The position numbers and the translations under genes were made by a program. A DNA stretch of 64,000 nt from Chrysomallon squamiferum (lineage: Eukaryota > Animalia > Mollusca): positions 21,762,001 to 21,826,000 of the forward strand of contig CM022671.1 in the NCBI GenBank assembly GCA_012295275.1, read 5' to 3'. Below, piece by piece: positions 1 to 14,182 of this stretch. The notes beneath the pieces were generated by a model, which saw nothing but the letters and a program-made list of their open reading frames with translations, was not told where the DNA came from and made no database searches. Each line of letters starts with the position of its first letter. The first letter of the stretch is position 1.

Positions 1-41
1 GAAGAAGAAGAAAAGTAAGAGTAATAATAATAATAAAAATG

Positions 42-75
<34 letters not shown>

Positions 76-540
76 CAATAAAAATAACTGATAATGATAA
101 GATAAAATATTAACAATAACAACAACTGATAATGATAATAGCAAAATAACATCAACAACAATGATAATAATAGCATATCAACAATAATAACAATGATAAT
201 AGCATTAGTGTTAATATACATCACACAAACAACAACAATAATAATTTACTATATTTCTATAAACAAAAAAAAAAAAATATAAATATATATATATATATAT
301 ATATACACAAACACATATGTGAGAGATGATCTACTACTAATTGTATCACAAATATTATTTGTCAACAAACAGTCTACCTTTTGGATGACTAATACAATTC
401 ATATCAAAATGATTGATCAAGATCTTAAAAAATCATTATCTTAAAACAAAGAAGAGAAAAAAAACAAAAAAAACTAACAAAATTCAAATAATCTTTACAT
501 TAATATAACTGCATATAAACAAGAGTAATAATAGCTTTAC

Positions 541-2783
541 CTGGACCTCATCAGCATACATTAGTAAACTGTAGTCTTCTTTGCTTCTTATTTTTTCTCC
601 TTTATATGTGTATGGAACCTGAGAATAAATAAATTAAATAAATAAATAAATAAATAAAATCCATGAAAAACAAAAATACAGTATAAACTCTTTTGCATAA
701 TATTTTATATTATACATACAGGCAGAAAAAAACCTCCATTACAATGCATATTCCTAAAATAAATGTTTATTTTAGTTAAATAATTCATCAATGATGTACA
801 ACCAGTTATGTGTGCAGTTCTTTTTAAAAACACTTTATAACCATGAAAAAACAAACACCCCCCAAAAAAAAAAAAAAAAAAAAGTCCATACAAATTCCTA
901 AAACAATTTTGTTTAAAAATTCATGATCTATGTACATCAATAGTGGAAAATATACAATCCAGTTCTTTTTCAAAACAATTTATATTTACAGAAAATAAAC
1001 AAAATATACAACAGATAATCCTAAAGTAATAGTTTTAAATTCTGTCATATACTTTTTGTGTATGTTTATATATACATATATATATATATATCCACAGTGG
1101 AGAATATATACAAAAGATGTTTTTTTCAAAACAACTTATACTTACAGGCAGATTTCCCTGAGTTGCAATGTAATTTCCTGTGAGAACAGCATGTCTTCTC
1201 TCACACATTTCTTTTTCTTCCTCTGTCAGAGAAATTTCTTCTTTATATACACCATGATCTGTAAGATTTATTAAACTGTTTGTAATAAAGGCTACACTTA
1301 GTTGTTTATTTTTGTCAGCTGCTTTCAAAGATGAATATTTGTATCAAAGTGCAATAAAACAACTATGATTATAATTTGTTAAATGTTTAAATTAATGATT
1401 AATAATTAAAATTTAAAAATATACAAATGTCAATATAAAAATAATGGATTTACCTTCAATATCGTCAAGGTTCATTTTTCTTTCATATTGTATGCGGAAC
1501 AAAAAGGCTTCCAATACAAATGCAACAATAATATTCATTACTACCTGTACAGACAGAAAATAATAAAATAAATAAAATATCAAATATGTATTTTGGTTAA
1601 AGATAAAACTTCAGAACATGTATCTGCAAATATGAAAAGATTCATAATATTGTTTTTCTTTTCTTTTCAAATAATGTTAACTGTCAATATATTTAACATT
1701 TTTTTCTTATTCATTCACAAGATTTTTGTGTTCTTAATATTCCTTCATCCCATCAGTATAAGATTATTTTCATTCATATGAATTTACAGCATAATAACTA
1801 TAATCCTGAAAAAAACATAAAATTAACAAAGTAAATAATAAAAATGAATGGAGGGTCTATTTAAAGGTTTGTCACTATTTCTTTTATGGATTTTAGCTGT
1901 ATTATTTAATGAATGCTGATTTGCTGACATCAGAGAATATTTTATACCAGCAACTGTTGGTCACATGTTTTTGTAAATGACAGAAATACACTCAGACCAT
2001 TATTTTGAATAATTCAATAACAGCAAGGAATCTTTTAAATCTACATTTTCAAGTGTCTTGAAACATAAAACCTGACATGACCTTTTATAAACACACACAC
2101 ACACCTCACAAAAAAACAATCCATTAATATTGAGCTAAAATCCATTAAGTTACTAACCATCATAGTAATGTAAAACAGCATGAAATAGATCCTTGTCCAC
2201 TCGCTAACATGCTTGGCATATCCTTCCTGTAAGAGAAACATTAAAAAAAAAAACTTATTATTATTACCATGGTGTTAGTTTCTTCTTCATGACTAATGTT
2301 TCATTATTGCAACATTCTGATTCAGTTACTATAGTTAGCATAGTTAATTAAAGAGATTTTGTTAAAAAATAAATTCCAATTTAGATTGTAACCTCCCCCA
2401 TCCCCAAAAAGATAGAAAGATTCCATTTTATTGTTTATGTAACTCCAGTGTATGTGAATTTTGATAAATTAAATTTCTGAAAGGTAGATGTTGTTTACAA
2501 CAGATGTCTCACCATAATAATAAACCAGTTATTGACTACAGTCAGTTCAAACAGTGTCACTGGAAGAAAAAGTGAAAAAGAAAGTGGAGAATATTAGCTA
2601 ATATAAAATACAGCTGGATTCATTTTTATATCACATAGGTATCTTTGTTCATGTGTATATTTGTTTATAACAAATTATATTTCATTATTTTATTTATTTT
2701 TTGCAAGTATATATATATCGATGTTTTTTTTTTTTACTTTTGTGTGTGTACGTAAATACATACACATATACATCCATCCATAC

Positions 2784-2816
<33 letters not shown>

Positions 2817-3302
2817 GCACACACACACAAAGACATATATATACAAAAACACACACACACTGTTAAATATCTCTGAATACATTTAATGGAAAATTAATTT
2901 TTAAAAACCACTTAAATATTCCGATATGTTTGCAGATCATAAAAATATCTGTACTATTTTACTTACCTCCAGAAATGAGAATGCTGTTGAAACTGTTGAG
3001 ATAGTAGCCATCGAAGTATGCAGAAGAGTTGTCAACCTTGTAGAAATCTTCAACACTGCTATTTCTACAGATAAAATTATGTTGTGAGTTATAACTAGAT
3101 GAAATAAGATTAAAATTGTCATGGATAAATAAACTGCCCATATATATATATATAATATCCACTGAGCATTACTGAATAAAATCCAGTCTGATTATTAATA
3201 TCAAGCAAAAAAGACTGCAAATAATATTTTAAAAATGAATGTGTGTGTCTGTGCTTGTATGTATGTATGTATGTACACATGAACATACATACACATATAT
3301 TA

Positions 3303-3335
<33 letters not shown>

Positions 3336-5640
3336 TATATTTTTAAAAACAAGACAAATAGTTGCTCACTTGCAGCAGTTGCGAAGGTCAACATTCCAAA
3401 AGAGCTCCATTCCAATTATTGCAAAGAAGTAGTACATGAGCATAATGACACAGGCCAAGCTGACAGAGAAAGTGAAATTTGATAATCAAGTTAGAAATTA
3501 TTTGAGTGTTACTGACACATTTCAGTAAGTGTTTACTAAACAGAAAACATATTCCTCATTGGAACATGTGCATGGAAGTACTTTTACCATCACTCTAGCA
3601 AAAACAAAAAAAAACCATCTGTTGTTGTTTCATCCATTTTAATTATGAATAATGAATAAATGGTAATGAAAAATTAAATATTTACTAATTAGGACAAGCC
3701 ACAGAAAATATTAGAAATTTCAGGTTGTTAATTTCATTATTTCATTATTTAGTGGATAAAGCTGTGTAAATCATGGTAATGAGAAATATGTTTGATTTTG
3801 AGGGAATTTCAGTTTACAGAGGGTTTGGTTTAGAGGTGTTTATAAATGTGATAAAAAAAAAAAAATCGTTATTTAAAATCTATGGTAAATGATATACTAT
3901 TAAAACATGGACATACCTGGTTAACCGGGAAAACAAGACAAACAGTGTCCCCAGGACATCTCTGTAACGTCTCTTTATCTTGAACAACCTGAGTAACAAA
4001 TAAACTTACTGTTTTATCTGTGGTGGAGTGAATAAAATGTCTAAAACAATTCTTTACACATCACTACTATTCGGTTTAAGTGCTCTTTCACCGTTAGTAA
4101 GAAAGAAATGACATTAAGATTAAAACAAAACACATTAATCTAAGCATCAAAGCATAACCACAGTTTTTCAAAGAGGTGATGGTTTGAAAAATAAAGATAA
4201 AATTTTATAACAAATATTAATGTAAAATAGCTTGGAAATAAATGAAGTTAATAAACCAATCCATACCCGTCACCTTCTACTTCTTTCCACTTGCCCCTCC
4301 CAGATGCATACCACACCACACCACACCACACACCACACACACAGATCCACATGTACATCACATCATACATCAAACCATACCACATAATGAAACATACAAC
4401 ACCACCACAGCACAGCATACAAGCATGCATACATACACACACACACACTCCCACAGGTATGAATTGCTAAACTTACCTGAGCAGTCTAAATGGTCTAAGA
4501 GCTATCACATAGTAGAAAGTGTCATCTATGATCTCCAGTAGAACTCCCACTACACTTATCACAGTCACCAAGAAATCAAATCTACAATATAACGGAAAAT
4601 TTCAAAAATATGCAAATTTACTAACTTTATAACAAGAAGCCATTCTTTATTTATCTATTATAATTTTCATTTAAAAAATTAAAAATGTAAATAATTATTT
4701 TTTTATTCACATATATTGTACATAAAAAGAAAAATAAGCTTCATCTCCAAAATTAAACAAAATCACATATTAAGTAGTATTAGGAACTGACCCAAAAAAT
4801 AAATATTTAAATAAATGCATATATTTTTTACTCTTTCACTCAACAGCTCAAACTGGACTGTGCACACACACATACATACATACATACATGCATGCATATA
4901 CACACATACATACACCAATATTTTTGTTTAATATTACTTACAAATCCCATCCTGATGAGAAATATTCTTTTGGACCCTTACCCAGAATTTTCAGAATGGC
5001 TTCTACAGAATACACTGTCAAATACAAAAATAAAAAATAATATATATATATACATATATACATAAAAACACACACACACATATGTAGATATACATATATG
5101 CATGATGTATATTTGTATGTGTGTGTGTGTGTATGTATGTATGTATGAATGTATACGTATATATATATATGAATGTGTGCACGCACGCACATTCATATTA
5201 CTAATTAAATATCTGCAACATATCTTATAACAATGAAATATTAAATACTTTAAAACATTGAAACATTTAAATTTTTCATCAATTTATGACTGCACGAAGT
5301 GGAAATAAAACATAACATTTAAAAACTGAAGCAATAACAGATCTTTGAATTTTTTCATTTTGTTTCAACAAGAACAAAAAAAAAAAACATTTTTAATTAA
5401 AACTTACAACACACAAACACTATAGAAGTCCAGCTTGCTGTGAAATTGTATGACTTAACATCAATTCCTTTCACTGAAAAAAAAAAAAAAAAAAAATTAA
5501 AACTTAATACTATTTAAAAAATTAATTGGCAATAATGTACATGTGCATTTTGTTTCAAAACTTCTTACCTTGTTAAGAAGTGAAAATATAAATGAACATT
5601 AAAAAGATAAATTTCAATATCTGAATTTGTTTTCTTTCAT

Positions 5641-5675
<35 letters not shown>

Positions 5676-8600
5676 TTTCTTTTTCTTTTATTTCTTTTAT
5701 TTTTTCAGAAACATTTGTACTAACCTGATAAAGTGATTGTTTCCACAAGAATCCATACAAAGTTGCAAGCAATTACCAGGTCTGAAAATATGAGTTAAAC
5801 ATTTAACGTTCCTCTTCTTTAGTCTTTACAAAAATACAAAAATGCATTTGTAAAGAAAACATACAAATTAAAATGTTTACATTTCATCAGATCAAAGTAT
5901 GTACATAGTTTTGTTATAAAATAAATAAACAAATAATTTATCTTTCTCTGTCTATATATACAGGTATTTACAAATGTGAATGTGTGTGTGGGGGGGGCGG
6001 GGTATATATTAGCACTATTAAATTATATTTCAGTATTTTGTATCAATAAGTTCATTTTAGCAATTAACACATTCAGTAATTTAGACAAATATTTCAGAAT
6101 TCAATATTTTTTAAAAAAAAATCACGTTTTATATAAAAAGATCAGAATTTCATGAACTGAAATGCTTACATATAAAATAGTCAAACCATTTCCAGCTGAC
6201 AAAAATATTCAATCCTGTAATAAAAATAAATTAAAAAATTAAAAAATATCTTCAATGGATTTTGTTGAAAGAGTATTTTGTAAACCTAAATGTCACAATA
6301 ACAAAAAACACACCAAAAAACACTCTTTGTATTAGACAAAGCACTTGTATATTTTATAAAAGACAGTAATAACAGAGAATCCTTTCTTGAAATTCAAGAA
6401 TTTATTTAGGTAGTTATATAAAAAAAAAAAATAAAAAAAAAATACATGGCACGATGTTGTACATTATTTTACTAAACACTTTTATAATTGTGAAGATGTT
6501 AGTTATTTAGTGAATTCAAGAATTAATCTGAAAAATTCCCATTACTTACAATAAGAAAATACTAACCTTTAAAAATAATATTGCAGGGATGTCTGAAGTT
6601 TGACGACCAAAGAGAATCATCATTTTTAATCTATTTAAAAAAATAGAAATATGTATATACAACTTTCCTCCTTTTAACTACTGACTTTCCTAAATGTTAA
6701 AGGAAAAATAAATGACAATGCATATTCAGTAGAATAATATATATTTTTATTACATGTATGTGTACAGGGTGAGAATATTTACGATAATTAAGAGACAAAC
6801 GTGTCTACAATTGTACATGTGCTTTTGTGAATCTATATTTGCAATGCCGTTTAGTCAGTTATACAGTAATTGTCACAAATAGAATACAGAAAATAATCAG
6901 AGTTGGGGAAAAAATATTCCCAAATGGCTGTCCGTATGGGGAATGAATACTGGTTCCAGGGGAAACGAATATTTGGGGGGAACAAATATTCTCTGACACT
7001 GGTTTTCACAGAGTCCACTCTGTGTGTTTTTATATGTGTATATATATGTAAATAAATAAAAACACACACACAAGCTTGCTACATTCTTGGAATGAAAGTT
7101 ACTTGGAAATTTACTTAACTTATTTTTTTGTTTATCAGCTTTTACTACTTCTGCTGTGTTCAGTAAGGAAATGAATTATTATTTTTTCTTACATTGTATT
7201 TTTGTTTTAAATTATTTTATTTTTTTTGGCAAGAATTTGTAAGGTGCTGACTAATTGTAAATACATTTTCAAAGCAGACCTCAAGTCAATTATCAGAATA
7301 TTCATAATAAAAAATCAAAAAATGTTAAAAAAAACAAAAAACAAAAAATATAAAGAAGAGATCAGAAATTAAGTTATTATCTTATGACAAACTCACTTTC
7401 CAGTTTAATGAAGCAACTTCAAATACTCTGTAAAATTCCTGAAGACTAAGACCTCCAGTTTTACTGGTATTCAGTGTTTTAAATGTGAGATAATAATCTT
7501 TTATACCTGAAATGAATAATTTTTTAAATCTCTTAGCCACCAAGATTACTTTAAGTTTAAAATAATACTAACAACTTTTTTTTTTTTTTTTTTTAGATCT
7601 CTACATGAATAGTAGGTTAAGTATCAATAAATACAACAATCATAAAGCTTCACATAATGTTATATCATTTTAACATTTTAATGGCCATTGAGAAAAATAA
7701 CATTAAAAAATACTAATAATGCAACAATCAGGATCTTAGAATTTTCGCTGAAAAATAGTTTTGGTTAACAGTTTATTATTCCACTTTTTTTATTATAATT
7801 AATCAAACATTTATTGTAATTCCAAAGCCAAACTTATTTTAATACTGAAGACTGAAGGATCTACAACAAGCAGTTAAAAAAGACAGTTTTTGAAGGAATC
7901 ACTTACTTTTTTTAGGTCTGAAAATCTTCATCATTCCAACAAAATGTCTTACACTTAACTTGGTGACATTCTGAAAAAAAAAAAAGGAAAAAAAGACAAC
8001 TCTCATTAATAATAATATCCTCACTGTACTTATAAAATGAAAAAATATATATTATTTAACATGAGAAGAAAATATCATTTAATATATGAATGTATGTTTA
8101 CTGATGCATCAGCACAAAAATGTAAAAATCAGAAAAAAAAAATCAATATGTTATAAAAATTCAAAATAAGAAAATACCATTCATTTTTTGTTGTTGTTGT
8201 TATAACTGGAAGAAGTTTCAAATTTAACTGCAGGGTTGAATTAAAGTTTTTTGACTACAGAATCAACTTTCACTTTTAACATTACTTTACTGCAGATGGC
8301 TATCCAAAGAAATGGTACTTAGAAATGTTAAAATCATTAATTTTTACAGCTACTGGGTAAACTTTATTTCTGACCCAAACAGATGTTTGATGAATATACA
8401 AACATTTTACATCAAAACAGATACAGATTTCATCCTTGCGCATTCTCGTATGCAGTTTAAATGAATTCAAACATTTTGATCACCATGAAAACTGACTCTC
8501 TGCTTGTGTGATAGGAACCATCGACAGAGTCATCAGATAATTTATTACGTGATTAACACAGAAATGTCTGAAATTACCTGTTTTGTTGTAAGAAGTCTAA

Positions 8601-11600
8601 ATGCATGCTGACACCCTTCCCTTTTGTGAAAAAATAACTTTTTAACTTTTGCTTTCTCTAGATTGGAAAAGGTGTCATAGACAACGGCTAAAAGCTGAAA
8701 ATATAAAAATGAATAATTTCTGAAAAAAATTTAAACCAAAAGAAAAATCCCAAAATACTCTATTCAAATAGGATTGTTAGAAATTTAGACAGAAAATTAA
8801 AAAATATAATATGCTATATAATTATTTTTCAGATGAATCTGGTGGTAATATAAAGTTTTTTTTTTTCAGAATGCTTCAAATTAACTAAATCAAATTTTAA
8901 AACTAGTCTGTAATTAACAATTAATAATAGTTTATGTATTTAAATGAAAATCCAAGAAGATGTTAATAAAACTTTTAAAAAAAATCAAAATAAACTGAAT
9001 GGGAATGGATCTTTAATAAAAAAAATGATATATATATATATTCAGACTAATTGAGTAAATTTCTCAAGCAAGTCTTACTAAGTTCATGAGAAAGTAGAGT
9101 TCCAGTGATAGATATATTACAAAGAAGAGAGAATACCATCTAGAAGTTCTGTAAGCTGGCATCATTACATCAGGGAAACTGAAAGAAATAATAATCATAA
9201 AAACTAAAGATATTAATTAAGAACTTTAAAATTAAAAAAATAAATTAAAAAAAAACACCTAAAAAACCCCTCACAAAAACATAAATACACATAAAGATTT
9301 ATTTTTGTAAGGAAAGAAATTGAAAATAAAAACATTTTATTCAAATAACTGTACGACATTCAGTCTGTCACACATTACGGGTACCAGTCTACTTTACCAG
9401 CTTCCAGAAAACACTAAGTACATTAAAAACAAAAAATAATAAAAATAAAATAATAATAATTGGAGCTTTAAAAGAGTATTAATTTATTACATACAATTTT
9501 ATTGTTTATTCTATATTTTAATTAGTCCACAAAATGTGAAAATCAAAATATCCAGATGAACTTGCATCATAAGCTTGCCAGATAAATGTTCTGATATCTG
9601 CAGTATGTTGAAAATACTGGAATATGATAAACAGATATTTTTTTTTTTTTTTAACAGTTCAAGAAATAAGAGTAGCCCCTTCATATATTTACAACTATGA
9701 ACCATAATAGAGAACAAAATAATGACAACTTACTTTGCTGTGGTTAGGAGAACAAAGAGGCTAACAAAACTGTTCTGTATGTTGTTAAAATACTAAAAGT
9801 ACAAAACAAAAATAAATATAAAATAAAATAACACATTATACAAGATATCATCCTTAAATTTTAATTTCATGTTAAATTACAAAAAATACAAATTAAAAAT
9901 AAATAAATTAATATCAGCAGTTATGGTACTTTCAGTTATAGTGAGGAAATTATGGGTATTTTAATGAAAATTTAATAGTGTTTATGTTGCTTGAATAGTA
10001 TATAATATCTCAGTAAAATAAGTAAATATATACTTACTTCTCCATCACGTTTAACATTAGAAAACAAATAAAAACCTAAAAACAGAAATATATCAGTTCA
10101 ATGTGAAACAAAAAGTAAAATATAATTGTTAAAATAATTTGTTTAGTGTTAACTTTAATATGAAATGTAACAATGACAAGACAAGAACATAATAAAATAC
10201 AAATGGTGTAAATCATTTTTAAAAGAAAAGAAGATAAGAAAAATAATAATAATTTTAAATTAATAATTAAATAGATAAGAAAAATAATAATAATTTTAAA
10301 TTAATAATTACATAGCTCCAAATTAACAAATTTAAATTAATAATTAAATAGCTCCAAATTAACAAATTTTAGAAAACCAACATGCCTAACAAAATTATTG
10401 TATAAATCATAAAGATAAAAATACTAAATAACTATTTTACAAAAAAAAACAAAAAACAGCGTGACTTCAAAATTATGGACAACCCTTTTCTAACCAAAAT
10501 TAAATTAATGAAGAAGTAGTAAAGTGTAAGAATACTAACCTAATATAGAAAAAATTAACATGAAGAATAGCAAAAGAAAAATCATGTCCAGTATTGGTGG
10601 GAGGGATTGAAGCAACTGCCGAGTGATTCTGAAATGTGCAGATAAAATGTCCTGAATTTTAACATAATTATTTACATGGATGGAGTAGAAAACAGGAGGT
10701 GGTAATAAAGAACAGTGGACTCTACTCATAGAACAGTGCAGCTGGGGGAGTGGGACAGAGAGAGAGAAGGAGAGAGAAAGAGAGTTTGTGTTAGTGAGTG
10801 AAAGAGATACACTGAGAATCCATTTTATTGCATTCAGTATGTTTTAAACAACAACAACAACAACAACAAAAATTTAAAAAAATAAACATAATAAAATAGT
10901 TATGATTATTAAGTAATATCAAAATACAATGTCTTGATTTGCCACAAAATTATTACATAAATGAAAACCATTGTGAAAATCACTCTTCATAGAAAATTCA
11001 AATTGTTGGATTTTCTTAAAAGGTTACAATGAGCACCAGTCATTAAAATATTATCAGAAAGACTGTTTAGATTGCAAAATAATTCACCTTCTGATTCCTT
11101 GGCTATAATGTGAATGGATGACAAAAATAGGTCGCACAGCTCGTGTCACCCGGAAATGATTTGTTTGTCTCACCATAACAACAATGGCTTCTGTCACCAT
11201 GATGATCAAGGCCAGAGCCTGTAATAAAATAATTTAAAAAAAAAAAAAAATTAAATTCTAGATCTTTTTCATAACATTCAGGTAACATACAGAAAAAAAA
11301 AAAGCCAAAATAAGAATCATAAATATTTTAATAATTTCAATATATATTTAATGTAATAATACTTATTGTATAAATTTTTAAATATCATCTTTTGCCATTT
11401 TTCACACAATCTATTTTTAATTTTGTATTTGTTTTGGGTTTTTTTTGTTATATTGTTATTATTTTTTATATACACATCATCTTTCTAAGGAATTCTTTTT
11501 TTTTAAATTTAATATGACAATCATAAAATGTTACAAACATTATAATTTATTTAATCAGGATACACCTATATATATATATCTTTGAATCAGGTGTTTTTAT

Positions 11601-13653
11601 GTTTTTCACAATTACTTTAATAAGTGTTCTTCTGTGTTTTATTGTTGTCTTCCATCCCAGCCATTTCACTCGGATTCCCAGATCCAGACTGAGAACTAAA
11701 AGGCCGAACAGCTCCAGGGAACTGTGAACCTAAAAGGTCAGATTAAAACAGCTAATGAAACAAAGGTCAGTTATATATCACCTTGTAAAAATCTGTGCCT
11801 TGACAAAATAACCGTTAATGCATATATTAGATGGCTAATTATTAATTAATGTTCAGCACTACAAGCAGATTATGATTCATATGAATACAGCATTCTTTTG
11901 GGAGTGATCAGTTTGTACAACACTCAAATCTACTTAATGTTCCACTTATATTATTGCTGGTTCCAACCACTGCTCTCTTCACTAATATACCAAAGGCTTT
12001 TGTAAATGCTTTCTACATAAGAGAAGGCATATGTTAAAGATGTCTTGTTCACAGCTGGTAAAAGTAACCCATAAAAGTTAATTATAAACATAAAAATGAA
12101 AGATAATTTTTAATACTTTTATTATCATAAAAAGTATGAATTAAATTGTATCCTTTTTTCACCAACAACATTAAAATATCTTGAAATATTATTAAACAGT
12201 TATTGAATGTATGAACTGCACTTACCCCAACAGGAACACTGAGTTCTGGAACTGCTGGTCTCTCACATAAAGCCAGGAACAGAACCAATAAAGCTGCCAA
12301 AAAATCTAGAAGATGGAACCATTTGTTGTGGGCAATTTCGTATGCTGGAAGAGCTTCGTGGTTTCTTGGATGTGTGTTGTACTTGTCATTGTGTTCAGCT
12401 TCCTGCAGGAAAATGGCTGCCTCTTTGTAATTCAGACACCACTGTTTCCTCCGATAGATTTCACGACTAGATTCATCAAGTATTTCACTATGTCCAGGTC
12501 CAGGAATGTCATAAGCCATGTTTCCACTTTCATTGGCCACATCATGCTCTGGGTCATCTTTTGGTTTTATCAAAAAGATGAAAATTATTTTAAAAATTAT
12601 TATTATTATAAAAGTTATTTAAATAAAAGATATTTTAAAATGAAAAAATTTCTAATCAGTCTGAAATTAAAGTTATTTCATTATTCATACAGTGCATGTT
12701 AATTAATGTATATATTAATATAACTTCATCTGTATTTATACAAAAAATATATATAAAAATGTAGTGCGATAACATAATATGTTATTATTATTATTTATTT
12801 ATTACTGCTGGTTTTGGTGGTTATTTGGTTATTTATTTAATTTAATTTAATTTAATTTAATTTTATTTTATTTATTTTTTTACTTTTTTTAAATTTATTT
12901 CTTATTTTATTTTTTGTTATTTCTTTATTATTTTTTATTTTATTATTTTATTTATTTATTTTTGTACATGTTTGGATGGGTGGATGGGTGTGGACAGTGA
13001 AATTTCACGATCATTTCAAATAAGATTACTGATTTGCACCGTCTAGCCAGTGATACATTTTGATATTGATAACCCTCTTTTACCAATGACCTATTTAAAT
13101 TTTAACTGAACATTCACTCTTTTTGTTTTGATGTAATGCAAGAATAATCATATAAGGTTTTATGTCAGAATTAAAAAATCAATCATTGTAAAGGTAACTT
13201 AAGACAAAACAGAATTTTGCAAAAATTAGTCTTTTTTTTCCTGAAAGTAAAGCGTTTTTCCACTTTGTGTTACCCGCCTTTGCTAATATTGCCGTAACTA
13301 TATATTAGCTCATACTCATACTGTCATAGCATATAAAATGTTTGATGTTCATACATTTGCACATACACTGACATATTAAATCAATTGCTGTTTCCAATAA
13401 TAACTTTAGAATTTAATGAAGATATTATATTCATAATACTGTGAATAAGTACTAAGATAAGTTCGGATAAATACATTTATGCTTTAATGAAATTTAAGGC
13501 AATACAGAAAACATCAAAGAGAAATCGTTGGCGCAACAGTTGTCAGCTGTTTATACGGGAAAAAACAAGTGACATACTTATACTTAAGGTCCTCTGTCTG
13601 TTGCTAGATTCAGACGAGCGAACAAGCAATGGACTTTCAAATAAATCAGCCAT
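541..13653 (-). CDS. TPCN1: Two-pore channel 1 (endolysosomal Na+/Ca2+ channel); 25 exons visible, 3' end lies beyond the left edge of the window
   Basis: Phase-consistent GT-AG exons: 13653-13578, 12557-12226, 11729-11616, 11218-11088, 10628-10540, 10075-10038, 9792-9734, 9178-9079, 8694-8578, 7970-7907, 7506-7397, 6630-6567, 6214-6170, 5781-5725, 5473-5408, 5014-4942, 4581-4477, 3988-3917, 3459-3370, 3064-2967, 2559-2513, 2226-2158, 1544-1454, 1258-1146, 618-541. Motifs: [25 protein letters not shown] (TPC1-type N-terminus), IS4 [12 protein letters not shown], filter [18 protein letters not shown]4 [20 protein letters not shown], filter [18 protein letters not shown]-tail [11 protein letters not shown]-terminal ESPLL is a dileucine-like sorting motif. 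The exon 1 donor is ambiguous (13578 or 13584). Confidence 0.95.
6900..7005. repeat. Transposon-end-like fragment with four GGGGAA-N3/4-AATA(C/T) subrepeats in a TPCN1 intron
   Basis: ggggaaaaaatattcc, ggggaatgaatactgg, ggggaaacgaatatttg and gggggaacaaatattc in tandem, ending in ...TGACACTGG. Confidence 0.45.
10232..10370. repeat. Two local tandem duplications in a TPCN1 intron
   Basis: AGATAAGAAAAATAATAATAATTTTAAATTAATAATTA x2 and ATAGCTCCAAATTAACAAATTT x2. Confidence 0.75.
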
Positions 13654-14182
13654 AGTTCCCTGAATATAGCATAACTCTTTCAGCTTATTCCAAACCTTTG
13701 ACAAGACATACTTCCTGAAAATAGTTCGATCTCTCCTTTCGGCTTTTATCGCCAGTCCTCGTGATTAATGTTCGGAACCATTCGAAGCATTCCGAAAGTT
13801 AGTAACCATGTTGAAATTACTACACACGTAATATTAATTGTGTAAATTTAAATACTCATAAAAAGGACAAAAAATTGTTTTATTAGTTGCAGATAGGTTA
13901 TGTATTTATGATAAATTAAAAAATACATTTTATTTTATTAATTTATTACATTTGTTCAGAACTATGTGTTGTCAGTGTAGTAACATCAAACAAACTAGGT
14001 TCTAAGTCGTCACAACACGAAAAGAAAATGCTTCGTTTGGTTTACATTTGGAAGGATGTTTTAGAGCTGATTATCTTTCATGAAATGTGAACATTTTGTA
14101 CTACATTAGATTTAAACGCAAAGTTTTACTGTTATTCACTGAATTATAATAGACTTGTACTCCTAATACAAAACTTCGCAAA
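13654..14182. promoter_or_regulatory. Bidirectional promoter region TPCN1/IQCD
   Basis: 529 bp between divergent ATGs. Local CpG enrichment compared with the flanking gene bodies. ETS-like ACTTCCTG near 13710. Confidence 0.6.

Noticed and set aside
2661-5196. ORFs rich in HT/YI/VC dipeptides, also at 48146-48894 and 54778-55872
   Set aside because: They are translations of (CA)n, (TA)n, (GA)n and (AAT)n microsatellites. Only short embedded parts are true exons.
5569-5620. Cryptic exon or recursive-splice-like AAG|GTAAGA in a TPCN1 intron
   Set aside because: At 52 nt it would frameshift, the intron is only about 250 nt, and the flanking exons join correctly without it.
8492-8536. Hammerhead ribozyme or SECIS (CTGATGA plus stem on the minus strand)
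   Set aside because: There is no GAAA after stem II and no stem III or cleavage triplet. The site is intronic and no selenoprotein UGA is nearby.
13030-13090. Possible extra TPCN1 exon in intron 1
   Set aside because: Weak acceptor and an in-frame stop in the required phase. Exons 1 and 2 already join in phase.
13798-13984. RFX X-box upstream of the ciliary gene IQCD
   Set aside because: Only half-sites (AGTAAC, GTAACC, GTTGTC) with non-canonical spacing, which is not enough to call.
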